Shown here one piece after another: positions 9,591 to 20,465 of a DNA stretch of 64,000 nt (within the stretch, counting starts at the first letter, position 1; each line of letters begins with the position of its first letter). The DNA lies in the NCBI GenBank assembly GCA_963818475.1, contig CAWFSF010000002.1:96001-160000 (forward strand), read 5' to 3'. This DNA comes from Nitrospirota bacterium. Lineage in GTDB: Bacteria > Nitrospirota > UBA9217. The notes below the pieces were generated by a model. That model had not been told where the DNA came from, did no database searches, and saw only the letters and a list, made by a program, of their open reading frames with translations. A program made the translations under genes and the position numbers.

Positions 9591-9689
9591 TATAGAAAGC
9601 AAGCGGACTCCCGGCTTAGCGCACCGGAGCAGGCCGACTTAGAATGCATTTCACGCATGAAGGGCACTGCTCACCGTGATGGGTCAAAA

Positions 9690-10634
9690 ATGAATACCTT
9701 GCAATGCAGAATATGTTCCAGCACCGCTGAACACACGGTGTATAGAGTATCTGAAATGATGTTCGGCTTCAGGGATTCTTTTACGTATTTTCAATGTTCA
9801 CAATGCGGGTGCCTGCAAATCAGCGATATCCCGGCAAATATCGACAAGTACTATCCTCCCCACTATTACAGCCTCACGCCAAAATCGCGGCGCTTTCTGA
9901 ATAATCCGCTGGAGAAGGCGTTGCGGCGATTCAAGGACTATCATACCGTTTTCAATCACGGCATTTTCGGCCGCCTTGTCAGTTCACTTTCGCCCAACAA
10001 AAAAATGACCGCCCTGTCGCGTCTCAACATTACCACAAAATCAAAGATCCTCGATGTCGGATGCGGAGACGGCTGGCGGCTGAACGTCCTGCGGGAAATC
10101 GGCTTTGAAACCGTCCTCGGAATCGATCCCTATATCCTGCAGGACATCGTGTACGAAAACGGCGTGACCGTCAAAAAACAGTCCATCCAAGAGGTCACCG
10201 GAGAGTGGGATGTGATCATGTATCATCACTCCTTTGAACATGTTCCCGATCCGCACGAGCAACTGCAAAGTGCCGCAAAACTTCTTTCCCCCGGCGGATG
10301 TTGTTTGTTAAGGCTTCCTACCGTTTCGTCCTATGCCTGGGAAGAATACCGCGAAAACTGGTTCCAGCTTGACGCACCCAGACATTTTTTTCTGCACTCC
10401 ATCAAGAGCATTACCTTCCTTGCGGAAAAAGCGGGCCTGTCGCTGCAGGACATTGTCTTTGATTCGACAGCGGACCAATTTCAGGGAAGCGAACTCTATA
10501 AACAGGACATACCGTTTACCTCTCAAGCGAATAACTTTCCGAAATCACAAGTCCGGGAGTGGAAAAGCCTCGCAAAAAAATTGAACAGGGAAAAAAGAGG
10601 AGATCAGGCCGCTTTCTATTTAATGAAGAAATGA
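9690..10634 (+). CDS. Class I SAM-dependent methyltransferase with N-terminal Zn-finger-like Cys pairs
   Basis: CRIC...CSQC, ILDVGCGDG, HSFEHVPDP and DAPRH motifs. Confidence 0.85.
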   Translation: MNTLQCRICSSTAEHTVYRVSEMMFGFRDSFTYFQCSQCGCLQISDIPANIDKYYPPHYYSLTPKSRRFLNNPLEKALRRFKDYHTVFNHGIFGRLVSSLSPNKKMTALSRLNITTKSKILDVGCGDGWRLNVLREIGFETVLGIDPYILQDIVYENGVTVKKQSIQEVTGEWDVIMYHHSFEHVPDPHEQLQSAAKLLSPGGCCLLRLPTVSSYAWEEYRENWFQLDAPRHFFLHSIKSITFLAEKAGLSLQDIVFDSTADQFQGSELYKQDIPFTSQANNFPKSQVREWKSLAKKLNREKRGDQAAFYLMKK

Positions 10635-10702
10635 CCTTCGCTTGAACCGTGAGGTTGCAGTCGCAAGGACCGTTGCAAAATCTATGAACTGTCCATTAAA
10701 CT

Positions 10703-11137
10703 ATGATAAATAATCTACTCGAAGGCTATCCAGTTCTGATCGAAATTCCGATCGCCTGGGGCGACATGGATGCGTTCCAGCATGTGAACAACGTAGCCTA
10801 TTTCCGGTATTTCGAAAGCGCCCGCATCCTCTATGCCGAAAAACTCGGCCTGCACAAGCACAAGGACGAAACCGGCATCGGCCCGATCCTGGGGGCCACC
10901 AGCTGCAAATACCGGCTTCCCCTTACCTATCCCGACACCGTGTCCGTCGGCGCAAAGACCATTGACATCGCACAGGACCGGTTCACGATGAAGTATATTG
11001 TCGTGAGCCACAAGCACCAGAAGGTCGCTGCAGAGGGTGACGGCCTGGTCGTGATGTACAACTACCGTGAAGGAAAGAAAACCGCCATACCTGAAGAGAT
11101 CCGGCAGCGGATACGGGTAATGGAAAAGATGGGGTAG
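10703..11137 (+). CDS. Acyl-CoA thioesterase (4HBT/YbgC family)
   Basis: WGDMDAFQHVNNVAYFRYFESAR motif. Confidence 0.9.
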   Translation: MINNLLEGYPVLIEIPIAWGDMDAFQHVNNVAYFRYFESARILYAEKLGLHKHKDETGIGPILGATSCKYRLPLTYPDTVSVGAKTIDIAQDRFTMKYIVVSHKHQKVAAEGDGLVVMYNYREGKKTAIPEEIRQRIRVMEKMG

Positions 11138-11169
11138 AACCATGATGCATTTGTAATAAGCACTGAAAG

Positions 11170-11260
11170 CCGTCTTTGCGAGCCGAAGGTGAGGGAATCT
11201 CGTACCTGTCTCGCTGATAAAACGAGATCGCCGCGTCGCATCGCTCCTCGCAATGACAGC
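11170..11260. repeat. Palindromic element (GTC.TTGCGAG...CTCGCAATGAC type), copy 1
   Basis: Similar to the copy at 42651-42740; shares the GAGAT.GCCGCGTCGC...CTCCTCGCAATGACAGC end. Confidence 0.75.
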
Positions 11261-11376
11261 ATTGACGAGTCAGCCCGCAGAACGAATCACCTCTTTTCCT
11301 CTCGCCCTTCTCTGTGTCGCTTAGAAGCGTCTATTTCTGGCTCCGTGCCTCCGCGGTAAATTTAAATTTATTTCCG

Positions 11377-11405
11377 GGAACTTTTCCCGAACCTCCCCTG
11401 TCTCA
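11377..11405 (+). promoter_or_regulatory. ECF (sigmaE-like) promoter GGAACTT-N16-GTCTCA
   Basis: Matches RpoE-type consensus; near-identical copy at 12490-12518. Confidence 0.7.
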
Positions 11406-11446
11406 TAATCAGAAACAAATATTTCTCGTTCGACAGGAGACCTGCC

Positions 11447-12319
11447 ATGCGATTAATCAGGATTTCAACCGGATTTCTGTACTTTTTTTTCATTGCCGCT
11501 CTTTTCGCCATTACTGCCTGCAAGAACCAGGAACAAAGCGTTAGCAGCAATGATACGGCCTCAGTCGCTCTCATGGAAAAAAGAGCGGATAAACTGAAAC
11601 GGGAAACTGAACCCGAAGCCGGACTGGCGTCCCCGGCCACCCAGGCACGCAAGGTGATCGTAACGCACAACTTCGCCCTGGAAGTCAAGAACATGGCAGC
11701 CGTATTCCAAAATATTATCGGACTCGCCGAAGCCTATGGCGGCTACACATCGGAAACCAGCCGCACTCGCAACGATGACGGCTCCTTTTTGGGCAGCATA
11801 GTGATGCGCGTTCCTCCCGGCAGTGCAGGTAGCCTGATGGGAAAAATCCGGGGCTTTGGTGCGGTGACCAGTGAAAGTTCCAATGGCGAGGACATCACGG
11901 ATGAATATGTCGACCTGGATGCCAGGCTCAAGAACATGCATGCATCAGAGGTCCGGCTACAGGGGCTCCTGGCCAGGCAAACGACGAAACTTTCGGATGT
12001 TCTCGCAGTCGAGCGGGAACTGACGCGAGTGCGCGGAGAGATCGAGTCATGGGAAGCGCGAAAAAGGAATTGGGATACCCTGACCGCCCTTGTAACGGTC
12101 CGCATCGAGTTAACGGAACCTAGAAGCGCATTCCCTGTATTTCATAAGGTATGGGACCCTATCCGGACAGCCTTCGGCGAAGCCTTAGAAGGTTTTGCCG
12201 GATCGCTTCATGCGGTCATTATCTTTCTTGGAACAATTCTTCCATGGGCAATCCCTGGTGGTTTCTTGCTTCATTGGCTCATCCGTTTTCTGCAGAAGAA
12301 GCGTGCGGCAAAGAGCTGA
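11447..12319 (+). CDS. DUF4349 domain lipoprotein
   Basis: Lipobox ITAC, EDITDEYVDLDARLKN...VERELTRVRGEIE motif, C-terminal TM. Confidence 0.85.
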   Translation: MRLIRISTGFLYFFFIAALFAITACKNQEQSVSSNDTASVALMEKRADKLKRETEPEAGLASPATQARKVIVTHNFALEVKNMAAVFQNIIGLAEAYGGYTSETSRTRNDDGSFLGSIVMRVPPGSAGSLMGKIRGFGAVTSESSNGEDITDEYVDLDARLKNMHASEVRLQGLLARQTTKLSDVLAVERELTRVRGEIESWEARKRNWDTLTALVTVRIELTEPRSAFPVFHKVWDPIRTAFGEALEGFAGSLHAVIIFLGTILPWAIPGGFLLHWLIRFLQKKRAAKS

Positions 12320-12381
12320 CTCAGTCAACTTGCCGAATGCGTGTTTTGTTGATCTGGTAACGGTTGTAAAAAACCATTTAC

Positions 12382-12459
12382 ACCACAGAGGCACGGAGAG
12401 GGCCAAGAAGATCCATTATTTTTCACTTGTTCTTCTCTGTGCCTCAGTGTCTCCGTGGT
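12382..12459. repeat. Empty inverted-repeat element, CACAGAG/CACGGAG type
   Basis: ACCACAGAGGCACGGAG ... CTCTGTGCCTCAGTGTCTCCGTGGT. Confidence 0.8.
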
Positions 12460-12489
12460 AAATCTAGACTTTTTCCTTTTTTTATTTCG

Positions 12490-12518
12490 GGAACTTTTCC
12501 CGAACCTCCCTTGTCTAA
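12490..12518 (+). promoter_or_regulatory. ECF (sigmaE-like) promoter GGAACTT-N16-GTCTAA
   Basis: Matches RpoE-type consensus; duplicate of 11377-11405. Confidence 0.72.
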
Positions 12519-12561
12519 TCACCCAGAAGCACACAATTCCCCTTTAGACAGGAGGTCCCTT

Positions 12562-14899
12562 ATGCGACCAACACTACGATCCATGGCATTCCTCTTCCTT
12601 GCAGCATGCTCCCTCATCAGTACAACCGGCATTGCCCAGCAAAAAGAATCAGACGACAAGACCCTTTCGCCGTACTTCTTTGTCAAAAGCGACGACCCTT
12701 CCGTTGACCGCCTTCCGCTCAAGTCCACCTCGGCAGCCGTGAGCATCTCGGGCGTCATCGCTGACGTCAAGGTCACCCAGGTTTACCAGAATGAAGGCAG
12801 GCATGCCCTGGAAGCCATCTATGTCTTCCCGGCATCCACACGGGCCGCGGTCTACGCCATGAAAATGACGATCGGCGAGCGGACCATAAACGCAACAATA
12901 AAAAAGCGCGACGAGGCCCGGCAGGAATATGAACAGGCGAAGCAGCAGGGCAAGAGCGCCTCGCTCCTGGAGCAGCAGCGGCCGAACGTGTTCCAGATGA
13001 ACGTGGCGAACATCATGCCCGGAGACCTGGTCAGGGTCGAGATGAGCTACACCGAACTGCTGGTGCCGACGGATAAAGTGTATGAGTTCGCATACCCCAC
13101 GGTGGTCGGCCCCCGTTACTCGAACCAGGCAGCCTCAACTGCACCCTCATCGGACAAATGGGTCCAGAATCCCTATCTCCACGAAGGTGAAGCGCCGCCC
13201 TATACCTTTGACATCACTGTGAACATCGCAGCGGGCATGCCGATCCAGAAGCTCTTCTGCACATCGCACAAGGTGGATGTGCATTACCACGGCAATTCTA
13301 CTGCCTCGATAGACCTTGAGCCTTCTGAGAAAGCGGGCGGCAACCGCGACTATATCCTGAAATACCAGCTCGCAGGTGACCAGGTGGACTCGGGCCTTCT
13401 CCTGTACCAGGGTGAGAAGGAGAACTTTTTTCTGCTTATGCTCCAGCCTCCGAAGCGGGTGACCCTGGCGCAGATACCGGGGCGGGAATATATCTTCATT
13501 GTGGACGTGTCAGGCTCCATGCACGGATTTCCGCTCGAAATATCAAAGAACCTTTTAAGGGACCTGATCGGAAATCTCAGGCCGGGCGACCGGTTCAATG
13601 TGGTGCTCTTTGCCGGAGGCTCGACCGTGCTGTCCGAAACGTCTGTACCTGCCAATTCCGGGAATATCACCAGAGCGCTGAACGTGATCGACAACCAGCA
13701 GGGCGGAGGCGGCACGGAACTCTTGCCGGCACTCAAACGAGCGCTTGCTTTGCCGAAAGTTGAGGGTTTCTCACGCACGGTCGTGATCGCAACAGACGGG
13801 TATGTGAGCGTTGAAGAAGAGGCCTTTGACCTCATCAGGAACAATCTCGCTAATGCCAACATGTTCGCCTTCGGCATCGGCTCGTCAGTCAACCGGCATC
13901 TCATCGAAGGCATGGCGCATGTGGGCCAGGGAGAACCGTTTATCATCACAAGGCCGGAGGAGGCGCCCGCAAAAGCAGAAGCCCTTCGCACACTCATCCA
14001 GTCGCCGGTGCTTACCCGGGTCAAGGTCGACTTCGGCGGGTTCGATGTTTATGATGTGGAGCCCGCAAGCATTCCCGATGTGCTGGCAGACCGGCCCGTG
14101 AGTCGTGTTCGGCAAATGGCGGGGCAGGCCAACAGGTATGATCACGCTGAGCGGCCTCACTGGCGAGAAACCGTACACAGACGAGATCAATGTCGCAAGC
14201 GTTAAGCCGGAGAGATCGAATGCCAGCCTGCCCTATCTCTGGGCGCGCCAGCGGATCATGCTGCTGTCGGATTACAACCTGCTGAAGCAGAGCGATGACC
14301 GCATCAAGGAGGTCACCGATCTCGGCCTTCGTTATAACCTCCTGACCGCCTACACCTCGTTCATTGCAGTTGACTCCGAAGTGCGCAACAAGGACGGCAA
14401 GACAACCACCGTGAACCAGCCGTTGCCGCTGCCTGAAGGGGTATCGGATTATGCGGTGGGTGGTGTAATGGCAAGAAACGCTGCTTCGCCCATGAGAATG
14501 AAACAGATGGCCGCACCTGCTGAAGCAGAAATGATGCTGCCGGCAAAGTCAGAGGACAAAGCAACAAGTCAGCCTGCTGGTGTCACACCTCTCTCGGTCA
14601 AAATAAACAAGCTCTCCGTGACCGGCGGCCTTGGCAAGGATGTGGTCCGGAACACGATGGAACAACAGCTTAAGACTCTCCAGGCTTGTTTTCAGAATAT
14701 GACCTTGCGGGGAACGATCGAGTTCCGGCTTATCATAGCAGCGAACGGCGTTGTGAAGGACGTCCGGATGGCCAACAGCATCACGAAGAACGAAGCCGTT
14801 AAGCAGTGCCTCCTTCAGCAGATAAAAAGCTGGAAATTCCCAAGAAGTTCGGAAGGGAAGGATACGGAGGCGACGGTGACGTTTTTGATCGGGTCCTGA
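12562..14899 (+). CDS. Secreted VIT + vWA domain protein with C-terminal TonB-C/AgmX-like domain (frameshift near 14100)
   Basis: Signal peptide, LEAIYVFP and ASLLEQQRPNVF (VIT), DVSGSM MIDAS, TDG; continues in ORF 14105..14899. Confidence 0.85.
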
Positions 14900-14934
14900 A
14901 ACAAAGATGATGTTCAAACAAGCTATTGCTCTCG

Positions 14935-14968
14935 CAACCTCCCCTGTCAACGGGGAGGTTGTTTTTTT
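14935..14968 (+). terminator. Intrinsic terminator
   Basis: CAACCTCCCC-loop-GGGGAGGTTG followed by a T tract. Confidence 0.8.
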
Positions 14969-15068
14969 GTCCTTTTTTGCCGTACCTCAAGGGCTTCTTC
15001 GCATGCATCTCTCTTTACTCTCCTCATGTTATCTGATAAACTCATTCGGTAAACAGCAAGGAGACAGC

Positions 15069-16100
15069 ATGGACCCGAACATCAAACGCATCCTTATACC
15101 CTCTGCCATCGCCCTGGGCTCGGTACTGGCCCTGCTCATCGCCAGGGCCATCGGCATCAGATTCCTGCATAAATGGGCGGAGAAGACCGAGACCGTGCTG
15201 GACGACGCCATTCTGCGTGCTTTCAGGACGCCCTCGATCTACCTCGCCATCGGCATCGGGCTCCAGATCGGGATAGACCTGTCGGAGCTGCCGGAGAAGC
15301 AGATAAGCCTTATCGGCAAGATCATCCATATCATCATTATCCTGTCCCTGACCCTTGCCACCTCGAATCTCGCCGGCAACCTCTTCAAAGGGTACGTCCA
15401 GCGCAGCAATCTTCCGATCCCGACCACAGGCCTCGCCTCGGGGATCCTGCGGGGCGCGATCGTGTTGATCGGTTTTTTGATCATGCTGAATGTCATGGGG
15501 ATCTCGATCGCGCCACTTCTGACCGCCCTCGGCGTGGGCGGCCTGGCCGTGGCGCTTGCACTGCAGGACACGCTGGCAAACCTGTTCGCCGGCATCCATA
15601 TCCTCGTCGAGCGGTCCATCCGCGTCGGCGATTTTGTCCGGCTCGAAACGGGGCAGGAAGGCTATGTGGACGACATCACCTGGCGAACGACGAGGATTCG
15701 GATGCTGCCGAACAATATCGTCGTAATCCCGAACAGCAAACTTTCTCAAAGTGTCGTGACTAATTACTTCCTGCCAGAACCACAGATGGCGCTTCTGATC
15801 CCCGTAGGCGTGAGCTATGACGCGGACATCGATCTGGTTGAACAGACCCTGCTCGAAGTTGCGCAGAAGGCAATCGCTGAGATACCGGGGCTGAAGGCTG
15901 AACCTGCGCCGCAGGTACGGTTCATCCCGGGGTTCGGCGAAAGCTCGCTGGACTTTACGCTGGTGGTCCAGGTCCGGGAATTTGCCGACCAGGCCCCGGT
16001 CCAGCATGAGCTCAGGAAGCGGATCTTCAAGGAGTTCAAAGCAAAAGGCATCGAGATCCCCTATCCTCACCGGACCGTGTATGTGAAACGGGAGCAATAA
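15069..16100 (+). CDS. Small-conductance mechanosensitive channel (MscS family)
   Basis: ALGVGGLAVALALQDTLANLFAG, VGDFV, GYVDDITWRTT, IPNSKL and GIEIPYP motifs. Confidence 0.92.
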   Translation: MDPNIKRILIPSAIALGSVLALLIARAIGIRFLHKWAEKTETVLDDAILRAFRTPSIYLAIGIGLQIGIDLSELPEKQISLIGKIIHIIIILSLTLATSNLAGNLFKGYVQRSNLPIPTTGLASGILRGAIVLIGFLIMLNVMGISIAPLLTALGVGGLAVALALQDTLANLFAGIHILVERSIRVGDFVRLETGQEGYVDDITWRTTRIRMLPNNIVVIPNSKLSQSVVTNYFLPEPQMALLIPVGVSYDADIDLVEQTLLEVAQKAIAEIPGLKAEPAPQVRFIPGFGESSLDFTLVVQVREFADQAPVQHELRKRIFKEFKAKGIEIPYPHRTVYVKREQ

Positions 16101-16114
16101 GAAAAGTACCTTCC

Positions 16115-16213
16115 GCCACGAAGGCACGAAGACACAAAGAGAGCAGTAACCTCTGAGGTTTGCTAAGAACAAGGTCCTTCCTGCATTTCTTTGAGCCTTC
16201 GTGTCTTTGTGGC
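16115..16213. repeat. Empty inverted-repeat element, CACGAAG type
   Basis: GCCACGAAGGCACGAAGACACAAAGA ... TCTTTGAGCCTTCGTGTCTTTGTGGC. Confidence 0.85.
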
Positions 16214-16259
16214 AAATTTGGTTTAGACTTGTCTGGTTTACGTTTTTCGGAGGAAACAC

Positions 16260-18205
16260 ATGGCAAAGAAAAAAACTGTTGCGACCACGGAGACTCCCGG
16301 CCCTCTCCTGACGGACCACGACACCTACCTGTTCAAGGAAGGGACCCACTTCGGCCTCTATGACAAGCTCGGCGCCCATCTGCGGACCGTGGGCAGCACC
16401 ACGGGCACGCACTTTTCCGTATGGGCTCCGAACGCTCAACAGGTCTCGGTCGTCGGTGATTTCAACGGCTGGAATCCCAACTCCCATCATCTCGTCGTCC
16501 GGCCCGACGACTCGGGCATCTGGGAGGGCTTTCTCCCGGGCATCGGCGAAGGAACGCTCTATAAATATCACGTCGTCTCACGCCACAACAACTACGCCGT
16601 GGACAAAGCCGACCCCTTCGCGTTCCGCTGCGAGGAGCCGCCCCGGACGGCATCCATCGTCTGCGACCTCGGATACCAGTGGGGCGACCAGGACTGGATG
16701 AAGGACCGCCACAAAGCGAACAGCCTGAGCGCACCCTACTCGGTCTACGAACTGCACATCGGCTCCTGGCGGCGGGCGGTCGAGCGGGACAACGGATTTC
16801 TCACCTACCGGGAACTGGCGCCGCTGCTTGCGGAATATGTGAAGCAGGCCGGCTTTACGCACGTCGAATTCATGCCGGTCATGGAGCACCCCTTCTACGG
16901 TTCCTGGGGATACCAGGTCACCGGGCTTCTTCGCGCCCTCGGCGCGCTACGGCACGCCGCAGGACCTCATGTTCCTCGATCGACCATCTGCACCAGAACG
17001 GCATCGGCGTGATCCTCGACTGGGTGCCGTCCCATTTTCCAGGCGACGAGCACGGCCTGTCCTATTTCGACGGCACGCACCTCTACGAGCACATGGACCC
17101 GCGCAAGGGTTTCCACCCCGACTGGAAGAGCTACATCTTCAACTACGACCGGTACGAGGTCGTCGCCTTCCTGGTCAGCAGCGCGCTCTTCTGGTTCGAC
17201 AAATACCACATCGACGGCATCAGGATCGACGCCGTGGCGTCCATGCTCTACCTCGACTATTCCCGCGACGAGGGAGACTGGATCCCGAACGAATACGGCG
17301 GCAAGGAGAACCTCGGCGCGATCAATTTCATGCGGCGTCTGAACATGGAGGTCTACCGCCGGTTCCCCGATGTCCAGACCATTGCCGAGGAATCGACCTC
17401 CTGGCCCATGGTCTCGCGGCCGGCCTATCTGGGCGGGCTCGGCTTCGGCATGAAGTGGAACATGGGCTGGATGTACGACACCCTGACGTACGCGACCACG
17501 GACCCGCTCTTCCGCAAGTACCACCACAACCAGCTGACCTTCAGCATCTGGTACGCCTTCTACGAGAACTTCATGCTTTCGCTCTCGCACGACGAAGTGG
17601 TGCACGGCAAACGCTCGCTCCTGGCAAAAATGCCGGGCAACGACTGGGAAAAGTTCGCGAACCTCCGCCTGCTCTTCGGCTACCAGTTCGGCCACCCGGG
17701 AAAGAAGCTCCTGTTCATGGGCATGGAATTCGGGCAGTGGAACGAGTGGTACCACGAAACCAGCCTGGACTGGCACCTCATGCAGTATCCCCAGCACCAG
17801 GGTCTGCACCAGTGGGTGCGCCATCTGAATATCCTGTACCGCCGGGAGCCGGCGCTCTATGAACTGGATTTTGCGCAGGACGGCTTCGAGTGGGCCGACA
17901 TCAGCGACTGGGAGAGCAGCGTGATCAGCTTCTTCCGCAAGGGCAAGTCCACGGATGACCTGTTCTTCATCGTCTGCAATTTCACGCCAATGGAACGGTC
18001 GGCCTACCGGATCGGGGTGCCGCGGGGGGGATTCTGGCAGGAAGTGCTGAACAGCGATGCCGACCTCTATGGCGGGGGCAACCGGGGAAACCTCGGCGGC
18101 GTGGAAGCGCTGCCCGTAAGCTCACACGGCAAGGACTTCTCTCTGTCAATGACCCTGCCGCCTTTGGGCGTCATATTCTTCAAACATTCGGGTGGGGCTG
18201 TCTGA
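16260..18205 (+). CDS. glgB: 1,4-alpha-glucan branching enzyme (frameshifted near 16925-16980)
   Basis: [48 protein letters not shown] and SHDEVVHGK motifs. Confidence 0.93.
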
Positions 18206-18246
18206 GTGACTGAAGGTAACTTTGGATTCGTGACAGGTCGAATTTT

Positions 18247-18323
18247 ACCGCAGAGACGCAGAGGCGCTGAGAAAATCTTTTTGAGTTTTTCAGTATTCCT
18301 CCGCGTCTCCGCGCCTCTGCCGT
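18247..18323. repeat. Empty inverted-repeat element, CGCAGAG type
   Basis: ACCGCAGAGACGCAGAGGCGCTGAG ... CTCCGCGTCTCCGCGCCTCTGCCGT, between the convergent glgB and corA. Confidence 0.82.
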
Positions 18324-18344
18324 GGACCATAATCTTTTACCGGT

Positions 18345-19412
18345 TCAAAGCCACTTCTTCCGCCTGAAAAATACCATCATGCCCACAGCAACCGCGCCCA
18401 TCACTCCGAGCGATAGAAAATAACCTGAACGCCATTCCAGCTCGGGCATATATTTGAAATTCATGCCATACACTCCGGCGATGAAGGTGAGCGGCATGAA
18501 GATCGTGGCAATGATCGTCAGGACCTTCATCACCTCGTTCAGGCGGAAGCTCACGCTCGACAGGTAGAGGTCGAGCATGGTCGAGAGCATGTCCCGGTAG
18601 ATCTCAACGCTGTCGATGACCTGAATCACATGGTCGTAAACGTCCCGCAGATAGGGCGCGGTGGCCTCCTGAATGATCGGCGACTCCCGCCGTTCAAGAG
18701 CAGCGAGCACCTCCCGGAGCGGCCAGACCGCCTTGTGCAGGAACAACAACTCCCGTTTCAGCTGGTAGAGCTGCTCCATGATCTCTCTCCGGGGGCTCGC
18801 AATGAGCTCCTCCTCCAGATTGTCGATACGTTCACCGAGTTTTTCGAGGATCACGAAATAGCCATCCACCAGCGCATCGAGCAGCGAGTAGGCGAGGTAA
18901 TCAACGCCCCGTTTGCGGATCGTTCCGCGGCCTGTACGCAGCCGTTCGCGGATAAGCTGGAACACGTCGCCCCTGATGCCCTCCTGAAAGGAGAGCAGGA
19001 AGTTCCGCCCCACGATAAGGCTTACCTGCTCGGGAACGACCTTCTCCTTCTTGTCATCATAGGTCAGCATCTTGACGACCACGAAGAGGTAGTCGCCGTA
19101 ATCCTCCATCTTCGGACGCTGGACCACGCTCATGAGGTCCTCGGTCACGAGGCGGTGCAGGCCGAAGCAGTCTCCCAGCTTCCCGATCATGGCGGGATCG
19201 TGGACGCCGTCCACGTTTATCCACGTGGCCGTAGGTTTGTTCCGGTAAGGAACGCACTCCTCCGCCGTTTTCAGTGCCCGCTCTTCGAAGACCTGCTCGT
19301 CATAATCGATCAGCGTGACGTCGATCGTCCCGGTCACCTGCTCGCCGGTATACACCAGGGACCCGGAAGGAAGTCCGACCTTCTTCATTCTGCGCTTCGA
19401 CATTCTCGGCAT
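18345..19412 (-). CDS. corA: Magnesium/cobalt transporter CorA
   Basis: YGMNFKYMPEL signature, two C-terminal TMs. Confidence 0.95.
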   Translation of the reverse strand: MPRMSKRRMKKVGLPSGSLVYTGEQVTGTIDVTLIDYDEQVFEERALKTAEECVPYRNKPTATWINVDGVHDPAMIGKLGDCFGLHRLVTEDLMSVVQRPKMEDYGDYLFVVVKMLTYDDKKEKVVPEQVSLIVGRNFLLSFQEGIRGDVFQLIRERLRTGRGTIRKRGVDYLAYSLLDALVDGYFVILEKLGERIDNLEEELIASPRREIMEQLYQLKRELLFLHKAVWPLREVLAALERRESPIIQEATAPYLRDVYDHVIQVIDSVEIYRDMLSTMLDLYLSSVSFRLNEVMKVLTIIATIFMPLTFIAGVYGMNFKYMPELEWRSGYFLSLGVMGAVAVGMMVFFRRKKWL

Positions 19413-19442
19413 AGCACCTGTCCTTTAATTGATAAAAGCTTT

Positions 19443-19575
19443 TTGGACGCGGATTCACGCGGATGAACGCGGATAGAGCAAGACAGAGAGATGGAAGAAA
19501 CTTACACTGCAGAGTATTGTTTTACCACTCAAGAGGTTGATTTATCCGCGTTCATCCGATTTAATCCGCGTCCAA
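19443..19575. repeat. Empty inverted-repeat element, ACGCGGAT 10-mer type
   Basis: TTGGACGCGGATTCACGCGGATGAACGCGGATA ... TATCCGCGTTCATCCGATTTAATCCGCGTCCAA. Confidence 0.85.
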
Positions 19576-19610
19576 CACTTGTTGTGAGTGCCTCTTCATC
19601 TATGAAGGAA

Positions 19611-20465
19611 TCAATAAAATTCCTTCAGCGTCTTTTCGATCCTCGCTCCGGGGAACTGCTCCTGCCTGACCAGCGGCTTTTCTGCAAGGACCGGCAGCCG
19701 TTCCTCGAACGTCGGCCGATTGTTCCGGTAGATAATGCCGATCGGTATCCGGTCCCCCCACTCGAGCGCCTTGCTGAACGCCGCATTTCTGTCCGCAGGA
19801 TCGTAGCCTGCCTCAAGATGATAGACCCGCTGCTTGTACCATTCGTAGGTGTTCACCTTGTTGAAGGAGACGCAGGGCTGCAGGATGTCGACGAGGGCGA
19901 ATCCCTTGTGCTCCATGGCCGCTTTCATGATCCCCTTCAGATGCTCCGTGTCTCCGGCAAAAGCCCGGGCTGCAAAGCTGCAATCGAGCGCCACGGCAAG
20001 GGCCATGGGGTTGAACTGGCCGGAGAGCACGCCGAAGGGCATGTTCTTCGTTATCGTTCCTTCACCCGTCGTGGGCGAAGCCTGCCCCTTGGTCAGACCG
20101 TAGACCTGGTTGTCGTGGACAAAGAGCTTCACGTCGATGTTCCTGCGCATGGCGGCCATGAGGTGGTTCCCGCCCTCGCCGTAGCAGTCGCCGTCCCCGG
20201 TCGTGACGATCACGGGCATGGCATGGTTCGCCAGCCGTATGCCCGTGGCCACCGGAAGCGCCCGACCGTGCAGGCCGTTGAAGGTGTTGCACTTCGTGTA
20301 ATGGGGGAGTTTCGCGGCCTGGCCGATGCCCGAGACGATCGTGATCTGGTGCGGCTCAAGGCCGAGCTCGACCATGACGTCCTTGAAGGTCTTCAGGATC
20401 GGGAAGTTGCCGCACCCCGGACACCAGGCCGGGACCTGTCCGCTAAACGTTTCGAAGGTGCTCAT
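19611..20465 (-). CDS. 2-oxoacid:ferredoxin oxidoreductase beta subunit
   Basis: WCPGCG, LHGRALP and GDGD...GGNH...DNQVYGLTKGQ TPP-binding motifs. Confidence 0.95.
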   Translation of the reverse strand: MSTFETFSGQVPAWCPGCGNFPILKTFKDVMVELGLEPHQITIVSGIGQAAKLPHYTKCNTFNGLHGRALPVATGIRLANHAMPVIVTTGDGDCYGEGGNHLMAAMRRNIDVKLFVHDNQVYGLTKGQASPTTGEGTITKNMPFGVLSGQFNPMALAVALDCSFAARAFAGDTEHLKGIMKAAMEHKGFALVDILQPCVSFNKVNTYEWYKQRVYHLEAGYDPADRNAAFSKALEWGDRIPIGIIYRNNRPTFEERLPVLAEKPLVRQEQFPGARIEKTLKEFY

